From Kudoa neothunni (taxonomy: Eukaryota > Animalia > Cnidaria): a stretch of 64,000 nt of DNA. The notes beneath the pieces are model-generated. The model was not told where the DNA came from and did no database searches. It worked only from the letters and a program-made list of their open reading frames with translations. The position numbers were made by a program, and so were the translations under genes. The stretch is taken from NCBI GenBank assembly GCA_964304625.1, contig OZ199839.1, positions 1,800,093-1,864,092 on the forward strand, in the 5' to 3' direction. Within the stretch, counting starts at the first letter, position 1. Each line of letters starts with the position of its first letter. Positions 13,415-27,330 of this stretch are shown here, piece by piece.

Positions 13415-15816
13415 CAGGCTCTTAGTATACGCGTAATGGGGGCAAGCGTAAGGAACCGCTGAACGAACTCTCCATCTTATACCATCCCGATGATAACTTC
13501 CCATATCTCAATAGACCCATAATAAATATCACCTCCCAAGATGTGAATGACCTTGTTGCCCAGCAGAAAACTAAGTCATTTCAGTCGAAACAACCCTTGG
13601 TATATGAAAAAGTTTCTTTCTCATCGGCAACGAATGAAAGATCAACAACCCTGAACTCTGATACCGAAATAATCGTCCTATCAGATGCCGAAAGCAACGT
13701 CCACACTTCAATAAAATTGAACAACATTCATAATGATGATGAACAACTACAAGATGACCTCACACTAGATGAAGTGTTTGGAAGACCTTCTACTAATCAG
13801 GACGTGAGAGCTCTTGTAAAAGCTCTGGAAGCATATAAACATAACCAATATCATGAACAGCGCGATATTATCAGGAGTCCTAAGAAAACCGCTCTTCCAC
13901 AACTACCAAGTTAGTTCTTTCCCAATTCAAATATCCCGATGGAACCTGCAACATCAACCCTACTTCCGAATATTCCCAATCGTTACTAACGAACCCTCAA
14001 TCCTAAACAAATTATTGTGACCCTAGCTTAGATGATTCTACCTTAATTAATTGGATTATTGGAAAAGAAAAAGTCAAACACCATATTCTAGCTTTAAGGA
14101 GAAAAAGGCTAAAGAAAACTCCCAAAAACACTGCCCCATCCTTCAACAATAACACTGAATTCTCCGCTACATCCCCACATTTCTCGTCAGCCCAAAATGC
14201 CGATGCGTCGTCAAAATCACAATCAAAAACAAAAAATATATTTTCTCAAAAGTTCTCTGCTTCACCACCGCATCAACCTAATCGAAAGTCGAGAAATAAT
14301 CTCCTTTCCTCTCGAGAACTCAACAGAATTGAAGAATACGATGATTATCTCTATCAACAGAATGAAATCGACTTTGAAAAACCCGACCATGATAATATAT
14401 CTTCAAATCACCACATTGACAAAGAATTGCTTTTCCTAGAGAAACAAAACCTCAAAAGCAAGAGAGCAGAACGACTGAGGGAGATTAAAGAGGACATAGA
14501 ATCCTTCACACGTAGAATGAAGCATTACCTAACCACTATGAAAGATTACTACTCTGACTTCATGCGTCTATCAACCGAACACGCCAAATCATTTGATTAT
14601 TTCTACAAATCAAAACCAAACAAGTCGATAAAACTTCCTCAAAAGGATAACTCCCAACCTTAGTGTTCCGTCACTAACTCCCATTGTGACAAAACGGATT
14701 TAAGACCATTCCGAGAAATTGATATTGCGAATCCCCAACATATCTGAACTTCATTGAATAATGGTCTAACTGACAAATCTCCTCTGAAAGTCTACTCTTT
14801 GACAGTGCCATATCTCAATACCACTACGCAGTTGAAGAATAATACCAACTCTTCTCAGTCATCAGCACAGTTTGCGAAACCTCAATTGATACATTCAACT
14901 ACTTCGTCCCAACCTCTTATATGCGTCGATAATCAACCATCTAATATTCCTAATTCCTCCCATTCTTCTTCTTCTTCCTCCTCCTCCCCCTCAAAATCCC
15001 AAAACTCCGACAACTCTAGTTTTATTTCCCCAGCCAACCTAAAGACTCTGTGGACAGCACAGATGATCGTTCTATGGAAGATCCTAACGCTGCTATATCG
15101 ATTACAAAGAGTGAATGGAATAGCTTTAACACTAAACGTCTTCGTTCTTTATTCAAACTCAACACTAAATGATGCGCGAGAGAAACCACTCAAACTAAAC
15201 CAATTTGGTGTCAACTGTCGGTACATGAAGTGGTGGAAGCCTTTACTTTTCCAACTCCAACCGTCCCAGAAGATCAGCAGGATCGCTTCAAATGCGACTA
15301 CGGCAATGAATGCGTCCTCAACCTCTTAGCCAATCTATACCCCGACTAACTACCCATCCCGCCCCTACTCATAAAGATACATATGATGTTTCCACTGATG
15401 GTTTCCATACAGATGAAGATGAATTCACTAACTTCTCTCCAGAAGATAACTCTCTCCCTAACTCGAATACTATCTACCCTTCTGATCTCGATGATTTCTT
15501 CCAGTTCACAGTCTCGGATGTTTTTTATGCCATTTAGAAGGCAAAAATTGACTCGAGCACCGGCTCTGCTCTGATGACATAATGATGAAGTTTTGGAAGT
15601 CTATATCAAATGCAGAAATCATAGTCACACCACTTTTCAACCGCATCCTGAGATCGAGGAAAGTTCCTAAAGACTGGCTTGCCTCCAGAATGATGTTAAT
15701 TTCCAAGATGGACGAACCCAATCCTCATTACCCAAACGATTACCGGCCGATATGTATCACCCAAACTATATACCGAATCTTCATGTCGGCACTCCGTGCA
15801 CGACTCAGACCTAATA

Positions 15817-17130
15817 CAATATTTCACGATCAAGATGCAAGCATGTCCAATCAAGATGCAAACATGTTCAATCTAGATGCAAGTATGTCCAATCAAGATG
15901 CAAAAATAGTAAACCAACAAATTTTATAGTTAAATAATAGTTTCTGCATTAATTGTTAATGGGGTTCTTAAGCAGGGATACTGAAAAGTAAGGTTTTGAA
16001 TGGCTCCCATAGCTTTGACAGTTGGTTTCGGTTATTTGGGTCGGACTATTTTCCGAACATTCAATCAGCTCGTCATATGTTTTTGGTGCCATCCTTTCAA
16101 CAATTGATTTCAATTGCCCAAAAACTTCTTCAATTGGGTTAAGGAAGGGTGAGTACGTCGGTAGTAGTAATAGCTCGTGAGGACTGTTTTCTATCAAATT
16201 ACGAACACACCCAGTCTTATGGAAAGCTACGTTATCCATAACCAAAATAGCTTTATCGATGGAACTGGCCTCCAAATTTTCAAAACGATCTTCTAAAAAT
16301 GACGAAAACACAGACTGGTTCACGCCCCCCTTGTGAATTTTAAAATTCCAAATTTGTTTGTCACTCATCGCCGCTATTAATGATATGTTTTGAGATCTGA
16401 TGTATTTGACCTTTAAATTTGCTCTCGTCCCAGAAAGAGATCTACCTTGGGGACGACGGGTTGATAGGGAAAATCCCGATTCATCGATATACAACATTTC
16501 CGAATACCTAGGTTCCAATCTTATGAATTCGTTTACATAACTAAGAAATGTTAGATAAAATATATAGATCAATACGTCACTCGAATCGTAATGAAATCGT
16601 CCTAGTAGAATTCCTATCTATAGGCACCAACGATATTTTTTTAAGGTATAATGAAACTCTTTCAGACCTCTATTAATAGTTTGACGAGAAACGCGAATAG
16701 AAAATTTTTGAAAGAGCTTCTCTGGTAACTGATTGAATGTCAGCGTACAGTTATCATTTACCTCTGTAAGTAAAAATTGTTTGTGCACTTCACTCAACAT
16801 TGAGCGGCGATCTCCTTCAGTTTCCAACCTTTGGAACGAGCCGGTGTCATTGAATCTCTTCACTATTCTACTTACTGTAGATTCGGGAATGTTTAATGAC
16901 TCTGAAATTTGACGATTCGTCTTTCCAATCTTAATTATTTTAATAATCATTTAAAATTTGTGCTCACTTCGACATGGTGAGCAATTTTAGCCCTATCTTT
17001 GGCACTAACAATCTCGTATTTTCTCTTAATAGAATTATTATTTTTAATTTGCTCAGGTATGCTTTTATGGTCTTAACTGGAGAAAACGTGAAAATGCGCG
17101 TGCAATTTGCATCTTGATCGTGCAATACTG
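15817..17130 (-). mobile_element. IS630/Tc1-like DD34E transposon
   Basis: TIR CA(A/G)TATT(T/G)CACGATCAAGATGCAA with TA TSD; HTH ORF 16618-16950; DDE ORF 'YIDESGF','MDNVAFH','SPFLNPIEE' with 34 residues between D and E. Confidence 0.9.
15829..15905. repeat. Subterminal 21-bp tandem repeat (~3.5 copies) containing the TIR core ATCAAGATGCAA
   Basis: CAAGATGCAAGCATGTCCAAT / CAAGATGCAAACATGTTCAAT / CTAGATGCAAGTATGTCCAAT / CAAGATGCAA. Confidence 0.85.
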
Positions 17131-17297
17131 TACATCCCTCTCAAAAAATCAAAGAGATTTCCTCGAGGGCGAAGGATGTGTAGAGCATAACTTCGCACTA
17201 CAAAAAATTCTCAACGATCACAGAAATAACTATAATCCACCATACCTCAACGGGGTTGACCTGAAAAAGAAGTTTGATTCTGTTCCCCATTGATTTA

Positions 17298-18750
17298 TAG
17301 GGTTTCTCATTTATACTCGGCACTTTTTCATTCAATCTCAGCAGTTTGCATTTAATCTCGGCATGTTTGCAACTGATCTCAGCACCTCAACAGTAGTATT
17401 CAAATTTTTTAATATCTCGCATTAGCTGAAAAAGTTCTTTTTGTTAAATTATTTTTATATTATTAAGAGATTGAATTCACTAGATGAACCCTAATAACAG
17501 AGATCGTATCGTTGAATCTGAGAGCTCCATATCCGATGATAGCGAAATTTCTAATCTACCAACACACAAAGAAAAAAAGAAAGCTGCGAAAAACTCTCTT
17601 CTGACTTAAGAGGACAAATGTTTAATTTCTGTTTAAGTGGAAGAAGTGATACTTACATTGCTTCCGAAATGCATCTACCAAGATCCACCGTGTGGTCTAT
17701 ATTATCAAAGTTTCGCAAAACCGGAACACTAGATGCAAAATCTAGAGGCGGGAAAAGGCCTTCACTCCTCTCTCCTGATCAGAAGGAAAATATTATCAGG
17801 TGGGTGGACGAAAACTCTCAAATTACTTTGGAAGAATTTAAACAAAAAGTTAATGACGAGTTTGGAATAACAGTGTCCCTAAGCACGATAGACTGAGTTA
17901 TCGGCAAATTTCATTACATTTTAAAATCCCTTGTAAGGGTCCCCGAGAGAAGAAATTGTGAGACGACGCTTCAAAAGAGAGTTGAATATGCTGAGATGTT
18001 CGGCGACTTAGAAATCAATGTACCACATGAAAGTATTCTATTTCTCGACGAAGTCGGGTTTTCAATGGTCACAAGACCTAAATGAGGTCACTCTTTGAGA
18101 GGAACTTCTGCATATTGGTTTGTTTCTTCAGCAATAATCAGAAACAATTCTATAGTTGCTGCAATCAACAAAAAAGGTATCATATATAGTAAGATACACG
18201 AGCGAGCGGTTTCAGGTGAGGATTTTAACATTTGTCTACAGGAACTAACATCCAGTTGTGTATCAAGTGGTATTGATAATCCTGTTTTCGTTATAGACAA
18301 TGCGAAAATACATCATTATACGGGATTAAAAGAATTAATCCTTCAACAATAATTCACGATAAGATATATACCTCCGTATAGTCCATTTCTGAATCCAATA
18401 GAGAATGTATTCTCTGTTTGGAAAAATCTAGTTATCCGCAGGCGATGTCAAAATGAAAACGAGTTGAAGAATGCGATAAAAGTGTGTTTCCAAGAAATCA
18501 TATCCCAACATTGTGACAGTTTCTATCGCAAAATGTTGGGTTACGTCACCAGGTCTTCTAGAGGTGAAGTTATTCTAGAATAATAATTTTATTGAGGTTA
18601 TTGGAATAAATATACTACATCTTTTCTTCTCCGGTTCATGATTTCTACACATTCACACAAATTCATAGACTAAACGCGAATACGCTTAATTTAAATTGCA
18701 AAGGTGCCGAGATTGACTGCAAAAATGCCGAGTATAAATGAGAGACCTTA
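17298..18750 (+). mobile_element. IS630/Tc1-like transposon, degenerate
   Basis: TIR TA(G/A)GGT(T/C)TCTCATTTATACTCGGCA with TA TSD; HTH 17618-17896; 'FLDEVGF','IDNAKIHH','PPYSPFLNPIENVF'. Confidence 0.9.
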
Positions 18751-21251
18751 TATTCTAAACCTACTTGAATTATTCCACATACTTATTGAAATCATCCACC
18801 TGATTCAATACCTCTATTCAAATGCATTCAATACCCACACGGATCAACACCTGCATGACGCTCCACATTACATGAACGGGAGAGGTGTTCTGCAAGGCTG
18901 TCCCCTATCCCCGTTATTATTCAACTTAGTAATGAATGCTTTCCTATCAGCTACAGATCAATTTTATTTTGGTTATACCATGAAAAATGAGCAGAACATT
19001 GCCACTCCAGCATATGTCGATGACCTTGTTTTGATCTCAGATTCTAAGACAAAAGCAGAAAATCTCCTAGGAAGCCTCCTAGAATTTCTGAAACAATTAG
19101 ATATGAAAGTAAACGTCTACAAATGCAAATCATTCCATTCAATCTTCAGAGATAAACAATGCATCACTAACCATCCAGATTTCCATTCTTCTTTCACCAT
19201 GAATGATGAGCCGATACCTTTCCTTAAAGCGCGAGAATTCTACAAATATCTTGGGACAAATAAGAACTTCGTAACATTCCAAGACCTGCGTATTCTAATC
19301 ACAAAATTCAAATCCTACCTAGGAAAACTCACATCTTATCTATTCCCCTACATGAAATTCCACGTACTGGAGGTCTATCTCTTGCCCATGCTAGATTTCA
19401 AATTTAAAACGACTCAGCTGTGAATCGAAGAACTGAAACATCCAGAATGGTTTGTAAAATCGCACGTAAGAAATTGGTATCATCTACCCGTCTCAACAAG
19501 CTCCTCCTCCTTCCACGTTCCTAATAAACTAGGTGGTCTTGGAATTAGAAACCTGATTTCCGACTACTGAGCTCTTCGCCTTTCATCTGCGATTTCACTA
19601 ATTCAAAGTAATGATGATCGTGTCGCCCGCTTGCTTGTGAAGGATTGAGAGCTATCATTGAAATGTGAACGCCAAGTGAATCGGAGCTACCGTACCCAGT
19701 TGACTTCTTAAACAATGGTGAAAAACTGGCCACGAAAACAAAAAACGTAAGGTCCATGTTCACATGTCTCCGAGGTCAATGCGAATACCTAAAAACAAAA
19801 TTTCAAACACCCCCAGATGAACCCTACAAATTGATATAGATGCTCATTCCCTGAAGAAACCGCCACCAACCTTCAGCCCGTTGACTGCACCCAAACGTAT
19901 CAAACTTCTGCGATGGCATCAGCAGGCTCGCGCGTTTGAAGAATTTCAGCGACTGCCTAATCAAGGTCGCACTAGCATCGCTTATTCATTGGACAGGTGT
20001 TCTAACGCATGGATTCAAAATGGCAAAATTAAAGGCACGTACCTCCCAATTTTGTCTTCATGCTCGTCAAAATCTCCTCCCAACCATGGATAACCTCCAA
20101 AAACTCACCTAGTTGCTTCTAGAAACTGCCGCCATTGCTCTGCCCATACGATTCCATCTGCCATGTGCTAAATGTCTGTCCACATAACTCATCCGAAATT
20201 AGAATAAGGTACAACAACATCCTACGGTTAATCGTTGAGAAAATCAAGTTAAATCGACATCAAACCCCCTTCGTAGATTCTACTTTCATTGAGGGATACA
20301 ACAGACGACCAGATTTGGTTCTCCTAAATGAATGAAACTCCAAAGTTGTCATCATATACTTAACAATTTCCTATGAGGCATCCATCCAACGCCTTGAACA
20401 GGTAAGAGAAGCTAATGTGGAAAAATACGCCGAAGAAACCACCTTCCTACAATACTTGGGATTTACTGAAAAAAAACAAATGTTTGGTGTTTGGATCATT
20501 GGGCCCACATTTACCTTCCAATGCCGAAATATATAAAATCCTAGGAATTCTCAGAAGGCAAACTAAAGGCTTAAAAAAGTTAATCCCCACTAAAATACTT
20601 AAAGACAGCCATGCTGTCTACAAGCACCGCCTGTTGAAAAAGTAAGGCTATTTATATATTTAGATAGATCCACAAACTTCTAATTATATAGCAAAATTTT
20701 CGTTACGTAACAGTTATTTGAATAAGGTTGTAATGTCCGTGTGTGTGTACACACAAATCTTGTTGAGAACAAATAATAACGTTTATTTGTTTATTTATTT
20801 TGTCGCTGCATGAGCAGCGGAGAGATTTTTGGATCAATCGAATTGGAGGTTTTTCTCAGCGCATATAAATTCAATATAATAAGAGAGAAAATCCCAGCAT
20901 GGCAGCGAAAACAAGTTGTATGGATGATTTAACGGGAAAGAAGGCAGAAATTTTGAAATTTCTGAGCAAAAAGTATATGTCCAGAGTGAAGAGACTGACA
21001 CACGAAATGACATGCGAAAAACCTGACGAGTTAAAATTAGAAATTGTCACCAAATATTTTAGAGAAGCGATGAACGAAATAATCCAAGTGGTCGTGGAAC
21101 AAGCTAGCCTAACAAATGATGAGTCTGAAGCAATTCTATACTAATCAAGCGAAATGTTGATCGAACTGGACAAACAAATTCAAATGCCCACTAAGACTGA
21201 AAATGAACTACAAATACACAAATCGATGGTGTTGAGCGAAGGTAAAATAAA

Positions 21252-24200
21252 GGTAATGTTGTACTTACCGGCTACCAAAATTCGGTATGATGTGATTTTT
21301 TCGCAGATATAATTCGTTCACTCTAAAAAGTTGCAGCGTATAAAAATAACTCAATTTTTTTTGTCTCTAATGTTTCTTAAATTCGTTGTCATAATCCATT
21401 AACTGAGCATAAAATAACACGTGATGCCAAATAAAAATATCCTCCAACTATATGTTTTCTCACGTTTTATCGCGATACATAGCTCATAATAATATAATTA
21501 TGCATATATGCGATTTAAGCTTGTATTTTATCATTTAAGCTTAAGGGTGCACGTTTTCAGAAAATAAGGCGACAATGGTTGATATTAAATCAGACGATGA
21601 ATTTCTTGGTTTCGAAAAAAATCGTCCATGGCCTTCCAAAACAATGTAGAAACTGTAGAGGTTGCGATACAATGTATACCTCTACAAGAAAGAGAAAGGA
21701 AACTACCCAATTAATTTCTTCATTAAATAATGATGAAAACATACTTATATACGTATGTAGAAAGTAATTGAGATTCATTAAATGGTTTTCATTAAATAAG
21801 ACAGATGTAAGACAAAACTATGTCCAAACAAAAAACCTTTTTTACCGGAAATTATGAAGGAACAGAACAAAAATTATCTACCAAGAATATCTTAAAGAGC
21901 TTGTACTATTGGTCTTTAGATAATACTATTGAATCAATCTCACCAATAGTTTCTGTCTCCAAAAAGTCGATTATAAATTTATTTATTAAAATTCGAACCA
22001 TTTGTACAAACCACTTCTTCAATCAGAAAAAATTCGGCAGTGAAGGATACGTTATTGAAATTGCTGAAAGTCTATTACATAGCAAAAGGAAAAATAACTG
22101 GGCCGTTAATTGAAAGGAGATTCTTGGAAACATTCTTCTACATAGGAAATTTTCATCTCTGAGAATGAAGTGACCGTAATAAGAAAAAAAATTTAATTAA
22201 TTTGTTATGTCTTCTAGACGGATGGAAGTGGAAGTGAGTATTCCCTGATTGTGGAGAATTGTCCGACAAATATATGTGTATATGTTATTTAACTATTCGA
22301 TAGTAGATTTTATAAATTAACTCTATGTTCGAATTCTGAAAAATATGGGAATAGGGTGGACGGTCCCTGGATTTTCGGTCTTTGTTTGTGCTCACTTGAT
22401 CCTGATGGGAAAAAGACTCTAAAAGAGGCAAGGTATTTCAGTGTTCAAAGAAGAAATCATGCAACTCTGATATCAATAATTGAGAACGAGGTCCTTAAGG
22501 GGTCAACTGTTTACAGTGAAGAATGATCTGCTTACAATAAACTATCAGAACGAGGCTACAGTCACATTCGAATCAACCATTCCCAAAGTTATTGTATTAA
22601 TGGAGCACATTCGAATACTATCGAATCTTGTTGGGGTCGGCTCAAACTTAAGATCCTTAAAATTAAGAGAGGTGTGAGTCGACTAAATTTCGATAGTTAC
22701 CTACATGAAGAATGGTTCCGATCTATTATGGGTGGGAAACTCAATTTATTTAACAACTATTTGAATATTATTAATAAATATTACCCAACTGAATAAACCG
22801 GCAGATTTTTTTTGCAATAAAAGCATAATAAATGTCTAAAGTTGATTGGAATAATTTTCTCAATCTAGCATCATAAATACATGGGAATATTAATGATTTT
22901 ATATGTGACGTATAAAATCAACTTTACCAAATAAGACTTTTACAAATGAATATACTGTTATAATGAAAGTGTTAAAATATAATTATAAAAGAATAAACAA
23001 CATTCGAATCATTTAACTTTTAAAATATTGTAATCCTTTATATATATAAAAGAGGACTGTCGGTATGTTTGTTTGTTTGTGTATGCCCCTAAGTACGCAT
23101 GTGCGGATAATTTTTTCCTTATAGAGAGCCATATATAAAATTTTTATAAATTTACGATATTTAAAAAAAGCGTTTAATTGTTTTCGGACTACGAAAGTTT
23201 CCAAAAAGTATTTATGAAATAGTGATTTTGTCGATTTAAAGTTTGTTTTTCGGATTAAATGAGTTCAAGTATGGGATTAGCGCTTGCTTATGTCATGGTT
23301 ATGGTCGGTTGAAGTTAACTATCTCCTTTATATGCTCCATCATATGTTCATTAATTGCTTCTATCTATCTTTATATATAAGGTTGGCGTTTCTATTTGGG
23401 TGTCTGTTTAAACACTCCTTATTTGCGGAGTTTTAACGTATATGACTTGATAAGTATATTTTATAAGTTCTATTAATGGTTTTCAATGTGGTAAAAAATC
23501 TATATATGTTTTATAAATAACGAATTCGTGGAGAACGTTAAAGTTACGTTGATTGAAGCGTTATAATGGAAATACTGCGTTCATAGGTTTCATTAAATTG
23601 TTCGCTAAGTTTTACTTTACGTGATTAAGTTCAATGCGGATGGTTGTACTTTTATTTCACCAAATTATTTAAATTGTTTATGTTGAAATCGACGCAATTT
23701 GTGGCTGTTTATGATAAAAGCGCATGTATGTTTATGCCGAGCTAAACGATGCTAATTTTAGCAATATGGATTAATTTTCATAAGTTTTCTTCTATCTTCT
23801 TTTATCTCTTAAAAAGTTAGTGGTGCATCCAGTTACCGGGCCAGGCCAGAATTCGACTTTTAAAAATCCTCCGGGCCAAAAAATAACGTTTTAGATAACA
23901 CTTTAACGGGATTTAAATAATTCGGAATGAAAAAAAATTCAACGTTGACCTTAACTTGTTTAGCGTTGATGCCGAGCCACGAAATTTTTAAATGGACGCA
24001 GGGATTAATACTTTACTTTACAGAAATTATCATAATTTAAATTGCATAATCCAAATCGTTATAGTAAGTTGCTTAAAATTTTTAGTTATTTTGTTTCTAT
24101 GGGTTAATTCGAGATTACAATATATTTTTTGAATGCTATTAAAAAATGCCTCTAGGCGAAATCTTCCCCAAGCAACGCCGGGCAGTTCCAGCTAGTAGAA

Positions 24201-24871
24201 TATGTAATTCTATAAGCCTTATATTAACTGATTTAGTTACGCCTAAGGTATATTTTTGAACGTTTTGTGAAAAAGATATATTATTGTTAAAATGATTTTT
24301 AACTTTATGCATAAACAAGAAACATTTTGAGTAGATAGGAAAAGAAATTGCCACCAGATTTAAAAATTATTAGTTAAAATAAAATGTTTAGCTCATTTCG
24401 TAAAATGTAAAATATTAACTACTGTTTGGTGCAAAATTGTCTATAAAAAAATTTTAAACTAAAAAAACCAAAATTCTTTTGTAACATTATTTATAAACTT
24501 TTATTTCTCCATTTTAAATCTGTGTATTGTGCAAATTTCCAAAATAAAATGATTCAATTTTTAATTGATTAAAAATCGGCAAATAAGTAGTTTTCATATA
24601 TTTTAAAAATCATTTTTCAATAATTAAATAGGATAACTTCACAAAACATTAATTTAAATTGGATAAAACAGGAAAACAATACCTAATGTAGTATCAAAAC
24701 GGAGATTAACACAACATACAAAGGATTATGTCACGAATTTAGGAAACATTAGAAACAACAAAAATTGATTTATTTTTATATGCTGAAACTTTTTAGAGTA
24801 AATGAATTATATCTACGAAAAAAATCACGACATCATCCCGATTTTTGGTAGCCGGTAAGTACAACATTACC
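21252..24871 (+). mobile_element. Merlin transposon with ~148-bp TIRs, inserted in BEL gag
   Basis: TIR GGTAATGTTGTACTTACCGGCTACCAAAA at both ends; perfect 8-bp TSD AAAATAAA; 'VIEIAESLLHSKRK', 'YGNRVDGPWIFG', 'INHS', 'HSNTIESCWGRLK'. Removing it restores the gag frame EGKINMPKL. Confidence 0.9.
23034..24195 (+). mobile_element. Non-autonomous Helitron(s) nested in the Merlin
   Basis: 5'-type ends A|TCCTTTATATATATAAAAG...GTTTGTTTGT (23034) and A|TCTTTATATATAAGG (23368); 3'-type end CCAAGCAACGCCGGGCAGTTCCAGCTAG|T (24195). Confidence 0.6.
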
Positions 24872-25407
24872 AAAATAAATATGCCCAAATTGAAAATAGA
24901 ATCGTATGATGGAAACTCAATTGGTTGGAGTGAATTTTGGGATTCATTCAAATTACGATACACATGAATGAAGGGATCCCAGAAGTTCCAAAATTAACAT
25001 ATTTGAAGACAATGTTAATCGGAGATGCAAAAACGGCTTTGGAAGGAATTCCTACTATCTCCAACAATTACGATGTTGCTAATGATATTTCGGATGAGAG
25101 ATTCAATTCTCCTTAAACTGTCAAAAATATGCTGTACAATCTGCTAAATCACATCCCACTGCGGAAGAATCAATAATGGGATTAAGTAGAATATTCCAAG
25201 AAATCAACAAAATAATACGTCAGTTAGAAGCTTTGGGAGAAGATATCACTCACAAAAATATACAAACGACAATAACATCAAAATTATCTTCAAACTTAAG
25301 AGTTCAAATTCTTGAAATGGATCCTCAAAGGATTTGGGACACACATTATTTTGAAATACACCGACGAAAAATGAAAACACATGTAACAAATGAACAAGGA
25401 CTCACTG

Positions 25408-26476
25408 GGATAAAGTTGAGTTTAGCGCCAATGCGCGCGAATTATCTTCGTTGCTATATTCGGATTAATATTTGGCACGCCGCAAAATGAATGTCGTTGT
25501 TCCTCAGCCAGAAATTAGTACCATCAACTTAGAAGACATTAATATATTTTTTATTGATTTGTTGGACTTAATTTGTTCTGTGTCAAATTTATGATGCATT
25601 CTGGCTTAATTGCTAAGAACGTGAACTGTTTGGCGACTCCTTGTCGTTAACAAAAAAAGTAAATTTTATAGACGGTTATATCTTTCATTGTAACAAATGT
25701 CGAGAATATGTTTCGATTAGAAGAGGTTCGTTTTTTGAAAGAAGCTATATAGGTTTCCGTCACATATTGAAGTTGCTGTACTATTATTCGAATGATATTT
25801 ACAATCAAGATTTTGTAATCCAAGAAATGAAGGTGACGTCGAAAACAGTAGTTGATTGGAAGAATTTCATCCGCGATATATATTGTAATTATTATATCAA
25901 CAATTCTATCAAAATTGGAGCGACAAGAATGATTGTCCATGTTGATGAAAACCTAATCTGCAAACGCAAATACAATGTAGGCAGAATTTTGGTTAATCAG
26001 GAGCAATGGATTGTGGGAGGATTCCACGAAATTGACAACATTCTTATGGAGATATCGACCGTAAGAAACCAACAAACTTTGGAGATGATTATTTCGAGAA
26101 ATGTCGAAGTTGGCTCCATTATATGGTTTGACTGTTGGGGTGGATATAGAAATCTAGATTCTATAGGCCACTTTCATAAAGTTGTTAACCATAAAAACGA
26201 ATTAGTTTCATCCAGCGAGGTTCACATATACAGAATCGAAAGCACTTGGGATGCAGTTAAGAGAAAATTAAATCCCAACCGTAACGAAAAGCCTCATCTA
26301 ATTAAAGGTTATTTGGCCGAGTACGTATTCAAAAAAAATTTAACGAAATATATTTGGCGAAACAATAAATCAAATAATGTTGATGTACACACCGTCTAAC
26401 AAAGTTTGTGTTTTTAATACGTTCGGGATATTTCGGAGGCCGTGCGTGCGCAGTCGCATTAATCCCCACTTTGGCC
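25408..26476 (+). mobile_element. Merlin transposon with largely open transposase ORF (25641-26399)
   Basis: 'HVDENLICKRKYNVGR','WIVGG','WFDCWGGY','VNHK...HIYRIESTW','YLAEY'; degenerate GG..AAAGT TIRs; boundaries approximate. Confidence 0.8.
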
Positions 26477-26861
26477 AACAAATGAACTGACTATATTGTA
26501 ATAAGAATCATTACTTGGACAAGTGTGATGTATATCTGACATATGTTACAAGACGGGAGAAATTAAAAAACAGATGTTTTAATTACCTTCGCCCCGATCA
26601 TAATGTTTACGAGTACAAACGTATAAAACCTTGTTTTCATCGTAAAAAGATCAAAAGCCATCATTCCTCAACTGGTCCGACAAAGTTTCCAAATAATAAA
26701 CCAAAAACGACTTCAACAGTATTATCCCACAACGAAAAAACAAGACTACAGAGAATTAAAATAAATACACAAAATCCGGCTTGATATAAACAAAAATACA
26801 AACATTAATGTTATTTTTGATAAAGGTACCGGATGTGAAAGCTTATTTGTTACAGAGTCGA

Positions 26862-27330
26862 GGACAGATAGCACGTCGGTGTGACACTCGGACTCAGAAC
26901 CTTGAGGTAATGGGTTCGAATCCGCCGGTGGTCAGACTACTGCTTCCATGTCGGTGGGTCTCTATCCCATATTTGGGAATTGTGGTTAAAGTGTACGATC
27001 GCTGTGGAGTGGGGTGCATGAGCAGCTAAATTATTCGCGTGAAGTAGGGTGAGCGTGAATAGAAGTTTGAATCTCCGAAACCCATCGAAAGGCAAGTAAT
27101 TTTCAGTCCTCACAGAGCCAACGTCCTTAAAGGGATAGGGTTTGGGTGGTGGTCGTCCTGAGACGAGGATGTTTAGTGGGTTAAAGTTCCACGCTACCGC
27201 ATAAAGATAAGCGATGGGGTTTCATGTTACGTCCTGCGGTGCCTAAATCGTTAATGGAAGAGGTCTGACTTACCAGAATTCCACGACCTAATAAGTTGCG
27301 CCAGGGGTTTTACCTTGTGAACAAAAAAAA
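26862..27330 (+). mobile_element. tRNA-derived SINE (~470 bp)
   Basis: A-box TAGCACGTCGG (26869) and B-box GGTTCGAATCC (26913-26923) at tRNA spacing; GC-richer body; tail CCAGGGGTTTTACCTT followed by A8. Confidence 0.7.

Larger units (their letters stand above)
12090..20650 (+). mobile_element. R2-group (REL endonuclease) non-LTR retrotransposon, decayed, split by three DNA transposons
   Basis: RT motifs 'DYRPICI', 'GCVEHNF', 'FDSVPH', 'GVLQGCPLSPLLFN', 'YVDDLVL', 'YKYLG'; CCHC 'HVLNVC', 'RYNNIL', 'RRPDLV' (PD-(D/E)XK). The RT frame rejoins when the two Tc1 inserts are removed. 5' boundary approximate. Confidence 0.8.

Noticed and set aside
12362-26476. Bacterial IS1595/IS630 contamination or recent horizontal transfer
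   Set aside because: The elements are nested in eukaryotic retroelements with TSDs, decayed and AT-rich like the host; Merlin and Tc1-like relatives are established in eukaryotes.
26862-26934. Functional tRNA gene (CAG anticodon)
   Set aside because: Acceptor and anticodon stems pair poorly, and the sequence runs into a ~400-bp body with an A tail; better explained as a SINE head.
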